A stretch of DNA of 64,000 nt from an uncultured delta proteobacterium (GTDB lineage: Bacteria > Desulfobacterota > Desulfobaccia > Desulfobaccales > 0-14-0-80-60-11): positions 928,001 through 992,000 of the forward strand of contig CAWETI010000002.1 in NCBI GenBank assembly GCA_963812015.1, in the 5' to 3' direction. The notes beneath the pieces were generated by a model. That model did not search any database. It worked only from the letters and a program-made list of their open reading frames with translations, and was not told the origin of the DNA. Both the position numbers and the translations under genes were made by a program. Below are positions 58,169 through 64,000 of this stretch, piece after piece. Position 1 is the stretch's first letter. Each line of letters opens with the position of its first letter.

Positions 58169-59620
58169 ATGGTAGACAAGCGGGAATTTAGCAAGGTCCT
58201 GGTGGCCAACCGGGGCGAGATCGCGGTGCGGATCATGCGGTCGGCCCAGGAACTGGGCCTCAAGGTGGTGGCCATCTACGAGGAGACCGACAAGGACGCC
58301 TTCCATATCATGCGGGCCGATGAGGCGGTCTGCATCGGGCCCGGCCCCCGGAAGGACTACCTCAATATCGACAAGATTATCGCGGCAGCCCAGAAGACCG
58401 GGGCCCAGGCCATTCATCCCGGTTACGGCTTTCTGGCGGAAAACCCCGATTTCCCCGAGGCTTGCACCAGTGCGGGCCTGGTGTTTATCGGGCCGCCGCC
58501 TGAGGTCATCCGGAACCTGGGAAGCAAAGTCATCGCCCGGAAAATCGCTCAGGCCACCGGGGTCCGGGTCATTCCGGCCACCGCCATGCTTCCTGCGGGA
58601 GCCCCGGGCGACGCGGCCGCCCAGGACTTTGCGGCTCAACACGGCTACCCCATCATGATCAAGGCGGTATCGGGCGGCGGCGGCCGGGGCATCCGCCAGG
58701 TCGAGGATCGCGCCGGCTTGCTGGATGGGCTCATGCGCTCCCGGGCCGAGGCCCTCATGTCCTTTGGGGATGACAGCATCTACCTGGAAAAATGTGTGCG
58801 CCGGCCCCGGCACGTGGAGGTCCAGATCCTGGCCGATTCCTATGGCAACGTGGTGCACCTGGGAACCCGGAACTGCTCCATTCAGCGCCGCCACCAGAAA
58901 CTCATTGAGATCGCCCCCGCCGGCCTGGACCCGGCCTTGACCAAGGAGATCTGCGACGCCGCGGTGCGGGTGGTGCGGGCCGCCAAGTATCTCAGCGCCG
59001 GCACGGTGGAATTTTTGGTGGAGGCCGACGGCACCTATTACTTCCTCGAAGTGAATACTCGCCTGCAGGTGGAGCATACGGTCACCGAGGTGGTGACCGG
59101 CATCGATATCGTCCGGGAGCAGGTCTTAATCGCCATGGGCGAACCCGTCAGCTTCTCCCAGGATCAGGTGGCCGAGCGCGGCTACGCCATCGAGCTCCGG
59201 ATCAATGCCGAAGACCCCAAAAACGACTTTCTGGCCAGCCCCGGGGTGGTGCAGGTCTACCGGTCTTCCGCCGGCCACGGGGTCCGGCTGGACGGGACCA
59301 TCTACCAGGGGTACAAGATCCCCCCGTATTACGACTCCTTGATCGTGAAACTCACGGTGTACGGCTTCACCTGGCGTGAGGCGGTGGACCGCATGGCCCG
59401 GGCCCTCAACGGCTTTCTCATCATCGGGGTGAAGACCACCATTCCCTACTTCCAGCAAATTGTCACGGAGCCGGATTTTATTCAAATGAAGCTCGACACC
59501 GCCTATATTGATGACCACCCTCAACTCATGGATTACCGGGAGCAGGAACAAGAGGTGGAGAAGCTGGCCCGCCTCATTGCCGCAATCAATGCCCATGGAA
59601 AGAATCCTTATACGCAATGA
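58169..59620 (+). CDS. Biotin carboxylase subunit (pyruvate carboxylase A type)
   Basis: ANRGEIA, HPGYGFLAEN, GGGGRG, CSIQRRHQK, EVNTRLQVEH and YYDS motifs. Confidence 0.93.
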   Translation: MVDKREFSKVLVANRGEIAVRIMRSAQELGLKVVAIYEETDKDAFHIMRADEAVCIGPGPRKDYLNIDKIIAAAQKTGAQAIHPGYGFLAENPDFPEACTSAGLVFIGPPPEVIRNLGSKVIARKIAQATGVRVIPATAMLPAGAPGDAAAQDFAAQHGYPIMIKAVSGGGGRGIRQVEDRAGLLDGLMRSRAEALMSFGDDSIYLEKCVRRPRHVEVQILADSYGNVVHLGTRNCSIQRRHQKLIEIAPAGLDPALTKEICDAAVRVVRAAKYLSAGTVEFLVEADGTYYFLEVNTRLQVEHTVTEVVTGIDIVREQVLIAMGEPVSFSQDQVAERGYAIELRINAEDPKNDFLASPGVVQVYRSSAGHGVRLDGTIYQGYKIPPYYDSLIVKLTVYGFTWREAVDRMARALNGFLIIGVKTTIPYFQQIVTEPDFIQMKLDTAYIDDHPQLMDYREQEQEVEKLARLIAAINAHGKNPYTQ

Positions 59621-59692
59621 GGCGCCGCCTCAGGCCCGGGCCGGGAGGGTGCCGGCCGGCCGGGGCCTTTCAGTTTGTGGGGGGAAAGAACC

Positions 59693-61354
59693 ATGCAGGG
59701 ACGAATAACCCGGGGAATGAGCCCCACCGAGATTCTCCGCGTGCTGCGGGAGTCTGACGGGTACTACCTGTGCAACAACGAACGGGATGTGTCGCAATCC
59801 GACTTCAAAAATCGGCTCCTGCCCATGACCACGGTAAGGGTGGCGCCGTACCGGGAAGCGGCGGGGTTCTTTTCCCTGGAGGTCAGCGGCGGCGCGTCCG
59901 TGCACGTGGACCTGATGCGCAAACAGGTGGACCCCTTCGAACGGCTGCGCATCACCCAAAAGGCCATGCCCCTGACCCTGCTCCAAACCGTGTGCCGGGG
60001 CTCCTGCCTGTTCGGCTACCGCCATTATCCTGAAAACGTCATCCGGTTGACGGTGCGGGCGTTCGCCCGGTACGTGGATGTCTGGCGGGTCTACGATTTT
60101 CTCAATCACGTGCCTAACATGATTCCGGTGATGGAAGAGGTGCAGAAGGTGGAGCGGCTGCTCATGCCCAGCATCTGCTTTTCCACCGGGCCGGAGCACA
60201 CCGACCGGTATTATGTGGATAAGGTCAAGGAGATTTTGGAGGTCACCGGTCCCGACGTTATCATCTCCATCAAGAATTACGCCGGCCTGGGAACTCCCAA
60301 GCGCATCAGCCATCTGGTGGAATCCATCTGTGCGGCTATCCCCGGTCTGGTGCTCCACTATCACGGTTGCAACACCGACGGCAACGACATCGGGCGCATG
60401 AGCGCCGCGGTCCTGGCCGGAGCCAAGATCTGCGACGTGGCGGATCATGGCTATGGGGCGATCTACGGGCAGGCCCCGGCCCTCACCCTGATCCAGGCCC
60501 TGGACGACTACGGCAAAAAGGCCGTGGGGCTGGACATCCCCTCCCTCATCAAGTCCTCGGATCTGCTGCGCCAGGAACGCAAGGTCTATGAACCCTTCGA
60601 GAGCCCTTTTCGGGGGCATGATCCCACCGTGGCGGCCTACAAGCTCACCGGCGGCGCGGTGGGCAGCACCTTTGAGCAGGCGGACCAAGGGGGCTTTCTC
60701 CACCGCATGCCGGAAATCCTCACGGAAATGGCCCGGGTCCAGGCTGAGTTGGGGAACTGGTGGTCGGTGACCCCGGGTTCCCAAATCATCTGGACCACGG
60801 CGGTGAACAACGTCCTCTATGGCCGCTACGAGCAGCCCTCCCTGGACCTGAAAAACCTCCTGTTGGGACGCTACGGCCCCCTGCCATTTTTTAAGCCCGA
60901 AGCCTGGATCTACGAAAAGGTGCTGGAATATCAGCGCTACGACGGCAAAAAGTGGCAACAGATCCTGGCGGCGGAGGGGGGGATCCAGAAGCCCGGAGAC
61001 GCCGACTTGGCCATGGAGCGCCGCCGGCTGGAAGGCGAGTTGGACCGGCCGGTCACCGACGAAGAGATGGTGCTCTACCTCCAGTTCCCCTTCGACGCCC
61101 TGTCATTTTTCAAGTTCCAGGCCCAGTATGGCAAGGTCTGGATGCTGCCCCCGGAAGTCTGGTTTAGGCAAGGCGGCTTCAAAGACGGCGAGCACCTCAC
61201 CTTCGCGGACGAATATGGCGTGCCCCATTACATTGAGGTGATTTCAACCCGCCGGGAAGGCGCCAACGTCATCACCACCTTGATGGTGGACCATAGCTTT
61301 CGCACCTTCAGCGTCCAGGTGGAAGGCCCCAATAAACCTGCCGCCGCCGGGTGA
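59693..61354 (+). CDS. Pyruvate carboxylase-like carboxyltransferase subunit lacking a biotinyl domain
   Basis: ERDVSQS, EVSGGA, RVYDFLN, IKNYAG and VTPGSQI motifs. No AMKM motif. Confidence 0.82.
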   Translation: MQGRITRGMSPTEILRVLRESDGYYLCNNERDVSQSDFKNRLLPMTTVRVAPYREAAGFFSLEVSGGASVHVDLMRKQVDPFERLRITQKAMPLTLLQTVCRGSCLFGYRHYPENVIRLTVRAFARYVDVWRVYDFLNHVPNMIPVMEEVQKVERLLMPSICFSTGPEHTDRYYVDKVKEILEVTGPDVIISIKNYAGLGTPKRISHLVESICAAIPGLVLHYHGCNTDGNDIGRMSAAVLAGAKICDVADHGYGAIYGQAPALTLIQALDDYGKKAVGLDIPSLIKSSDLLRQERKVYEPFESPFRGHDPTVAAYKLTGGAVGSTFEQADQGGFLHRMPEILTEMARVQAELGNWWSVTPGSQIIWTTAVNNVLYGRYEQPSLDLKNLLLGRYGPLPFFKPEAWIYEKVLEYQRYDGKKWQQILAAEGGIQKPGDADLAMERRRLEGELDRPVTDEEMVLYLQFPFDALSFFKFQAQYGKVWMLPPEVWFRQGGFKDGEHLTFADEYGVPHYIEVISTRREGANVITTLMVDHSFRTFSVQVEGPNKPAAAG

Positions 61355-61445
61355 GGCGCCGGAGTCGACTAAATATCCCATTTCAGGAACACTCCTATAA
61401 ATGAGGAAATTTATTTCCCTTCCCCTTGACGTTTTCCCAATCAGG

Positions 61446-61487
61446 AAAAAGGCAAACCCGACTCACCCTCGGTAACTTGCCTTTTTT
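61446..61487. terminator. Bidirectional terminator-like inverted repeat
   Basis: AAAAAGGCAA...TTGCCTTTTTT, lying 3' of both the carboxylase operon and the tRNA fragment. Confidence 0.6.
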
Positions 61488-61499
61488 ATTGCTAATTTA

Positions 61500-61543
61500 T
61501 GGTCGGGACGAGAGGATTTGAACCTCCGCCCCCCTGAACCCCA
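61500..61543 (-). pseudogene. 3' half of tRNA-Pro(GGG); probable att site
   Basis: Minus strand TGGGGTTCAGGGGGGCGGAGGTTCAAATCCTCTCGTCCCGACCA covers the anticodon loop, T arm and CCA. No 5' half upstream. Confidence 0.85.
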
Positions 61544-62579
61544 GGCGGGTTAAGGGGGTTGGCAGGAAGCTCCATCACCAACACCCTGTGCAGGCTGGGC
61601 AGTGCAGTTACTCGGGGTTTTGACGAATACTGAAGCTGATGGCGGTACCCACATATCTAGTGCGCAGATATGCGTACCCTTGAATCCCAAATCCATGGTA
61701 AAGGAAACTAGTGGACCGGTGAGCTTCTTCTTTTGACTGACTCGTCCCGGGGTCGTCTTCGGACCACCCCATGTCCATGCATTTCTCCAAAAGTACGCGA
61801 AAACCTAAATTAATGAGGAGATAAGGGCCTTGCTCTTAGAAGAAATTTGGTGTAATAGATAGTTAATTGACGGCTCCTTGATCCATCCGGATCCTGGCCG
61901 CCAAGCCTCATTAAGGGATAAAACAGGAAAGGGTTTCGCAGGCCAAAATAAGAGAATTTTCCGTCCTTTATCCATGCAATAGATTCTGGGTGCAATGCCG
62001 TGGTTCTTTCAGCGACGACATTCTGCTGGAAAAATGGCTATCAAAGCCTGAATCCGTTAGCTGAAGTCCGTTTACCCGGCAAGATAAGGCCCATTTCTGG
62101 ATTAATCGATATTCTGAGGGAATTAGCGACTCAAACCTTAATTCACCGCAAAATACCGAACTATCCATCCGCCCCTGCCTCACTGCTTTCAGCACTGAAT
62201 CTTGCCACTCTATGCATTCGTGGTAAGCCGCCTGGGAGGAGCAATCCGCATACTTCGTTTCCCGCAGGGTTTCTGCGAATTCCGGAGCATTCGGGAACTT
62301 TCCCGGACTCCTCAAGATTACCCCTCGTCTCACCGGATCGCTCCCAAACGACATTCAACCACGCCATGTTTCGGCTGCTTCTCAGGAGGGAAATAGCCGG
62401 AGCCTGAAAATAGTTAAGGAAAATGAGGAATTGGTACGGTCTGGTCAGCACGTTCCCTGCGAATCGGCCTCACCCAGGAAAAAGAAGGTTCTTTACGATT
62501 TGGCAAAAATGTTGACAGGCGCACGGTGGAACTCGATGGTTTAATTGAGTTATTCCGGCAGGATGGCCGAATCCACCTC

Positions 62580-62595
62580 TGGTACGGGCATTGCA
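62580..62595 (+). promoter_or_regulatory. Sigma-54 -24/-12 promoter
   Basis: TGGTACGGGCATTGCA (GG-N10-GC), about 78 nt upstream of metF. Confidence 0.65.
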
Positions 62596-62672
62596 GATAA
62601 AAATTCGGATTACCGAAATGATTGTGAGCCAGGGGAAAAGATCTACTGAAATCACTATCCGGAGGTAGGTAT

Positions 62673-63539
62673 ATGAGCTTAAAAGAAAAGCTCGCCTCGC
62701 AAGAGTTCGTCATCCTGGCGGAGATGGAGCCCCCCAAAGGCGTCGACATTTCCGATATGGTAGCGAATGCCATGCGGGTGAAGGGGAAAGTGGATGCCTT
62801 CGTGGTTCCCGAGATGAGCAACGCGGTGATGCGGATGAGTTCTTTAGGGGGCTGCATGGTCCTGGCGAACAAAGGATTCGAGGCGGTGATGCAGACGTGT
62901 TGCCGGGACCGTAATCGTCTGGCTTTGCAAGCGGATTTATTGGCGGCCGCCGCCCTGGGGATTGCTAATGTCATGGCTGTGACCGGCGTGGACCCTAGTT
63001 ATGGCGATCACCATCGGGCCCGGGCCGTGCATGACATTGATCTGGTGGAATTTCTCAGCGCCATCCAGCAATTGCAAAATGGCAAAGATATGGCCGGGGT
63101 GGAACTGAAAGGGACGCCGCATTTTTGTGTGGGGTCAACGGCGAATGCCGGGGCCAGCGGCAGTTTGCTCGACCTGGAATTGGCGGAGATGGATAAAAAA
63201 ATTGCGGCGGGAGCAGAATTTTTTATTACGTCGCCGGTATTTGATCTCCAACCCCTGGCCAGATTTAAAAAACGGACCGCGGAAAAAAATGCCAAGATTC
63301 TGCCCACCGTACTCCTCCTCAAGTCGGTGGGCATGGCCCGTTACATAGATCGACATATGGATAATGTGAGTGTCCCCGATAATCTCATCGCTAGAATTCA
63401 AAAGGCCCCGGATAAAGCACGAGAGTGCGTCAGGGTAGCCTCCGAGTTGGTAGCTGCCATCAAAGATGCCGGCTACCAGGGAGTTCACATTGCCACCATC
63501 GGCTGGGAGGACAAACTTCCTAATATCTTAGGTGAGTGA
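62673..63539 (+). CDS. metF: Methylenetetrahydrofolate reductase family protein
   Basis: EMEPPKG, CRDRNRLALQADL, TGVDP and KIAAGAEFFIT motifs. Confidence 0.85.
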   Translation: MSLKEKLASQEFVILAEMEPPKGVDISDMVANAMRVKGKVDAFVVPEMSNAVMRMSSLGGCMVLANKGFEAVMQTCCRDRNRLALQADLLAAAALGIANVMAVTGVDPSYGDHHRARAVHDIDLVEFLSAIQQLQNGKDMAGVELKGTPHFCVGSTANAGASGSLLDLELAEMDKKIAAGAEFFITSPVFDLQPLARFKKRTAEKNAKILPTVLLLKSVGMARYIDRHMDNVSVPDNLIARIQKAPDKARECVRVASELVAAIKDAGYQGVHIATIGWEDKLPNILGE

Positions 63540-63545
63540 GGAGTT

Positions 63546-64000
63546 ATGGAAAGCCAGAAGATACATGCTGTTGGTTCAGTCATGGTCGTTGGCGGCGGAG
63601 TGGCCGGCATCCAAGCGTCGCTGGACTTGGCAAATTCAGGTTACTCTGTCTACCTGGTGGAAAAAGCCTCGGCCATCGGCGGTACGATGTCCCAACTGGA
63701 CAAGACCTTCCCTACCAATGATTGTGCTATGTGCATCATTTCCCCAAAATTGGTGGAATGCGGTAGTCATCCCAATATCCAACTGCTTACCTTAAGCGAA
63801 CTGACCGCTCTTGAAGGTGAGGCGGGAAACTTCAAAGCCACCGTGTTACAGCATCCCCGCTATATCGACCGGACAAAATGCACCGGTTGCGGGGAGTGTG
63901 CGTCGGCGTGCCCCGTGGTCCTGGCCAACGAATTCGATTGCGGCCTGTCCGCCAAGAAAGCGGCCTATAAACGCTATCCCCAAGCGGTTCCAGGAACTTT
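63546..64000 (+). CDS. hdrA: Heterodisulfide reductase subunit A-like flavoprotein (partial)
   Basis: Not in the ORF track. Translation: MESQKIHAVGSVMVVGGGVAGIQASLDLA..LDKTFPTNDCAMCIISPK..KCTGCGECASACP. Confidence 0.92.
   Translation, partial: MESQKIHAVGSVMVVGGGVAGIQASLDLANSGYSVYLVEKASAIGGTMSQLDKTFPTNDCAMCIISPKLVECGSHPNIQLLTLSELTALEGEAGNFKATVLQHPRYIDRTKCTGCGECASACPVVLANEFDCGLSAKKAAYKRYPQAVPGT

Larger units (their letters stand above)
61544..64000. mobile_element. Edge of a putative genomic island integrated at tRNA-Pro
   Basis: Begins at the tRNA fragment; visibly less GC-rich than the genes to its left. No integrase inside the window. Confidence 0.55.

Noticed and set aside
61500..61580. 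Complete tRNA-Pro gene
   Set aside because: Sequence 5' of the anticodon loop cannot form the D arm or pair with the acceptor stem; only the 3' half is present.
63720..63740. Selenocysteine in the HdrA DCAM(C/U) motif
   Set aside because: The codon is TGC (Cys), with no in-frame TGA in the visible part.
1..64000. CRISPR array, rRNA, intact IS or prophage
   Set aside because: No regularly spaced direct repeats, rRNA-like sequence, transposase or phage structural genes were seen.

Overview
GC-rich bacterial chromosomal segment whose gene content points to an anaerobic Desulfobacterota ('deltaproteobacterial') organism; the taxonomy is an inference. From left to right it holds: an MlaD/TPR-lipoprotein pair; two orphan Tad minor pilins, one ending in an ice-binding-like beta-solenoid; a Wzm/Wzt surface-glycan locus; a B12 radical SAM gene; a MASE3 kinase; rmuC bounded by integron-cassette-like signals; glycogen genes (malQ, GH13) followed by a proteasome-beta-like Ntn protein and apgM; livHMGF interrupted by an AT-rich insert; prfB with its programmed +1 frameshift; two selenoprotein genes that the ORF track splits at in-frame UGA; nfi and thiL; a co-oriented cluster of catalytically degenerate Prim-Pol, PilZ-like membrane protein, MinD/FlhG-like ATPase, Flp pilin (missing from the ORF track) and MshEN-like AAA ATPase; glnS; a multi-PAS hybrid kinase; and a two-subunit biotin-dependent carboxylase with no biotin carrier. 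A tRNA-Pro 3' fragment at 61.5 kb looks like an att site and marks the edge of a probable genomic island carrying metF-hdrA. Intergenic regions carry GTAG-type REP elements and a second G/C-skewed hairpin family. All calls come from reading motifs by eye; no database searches were run.
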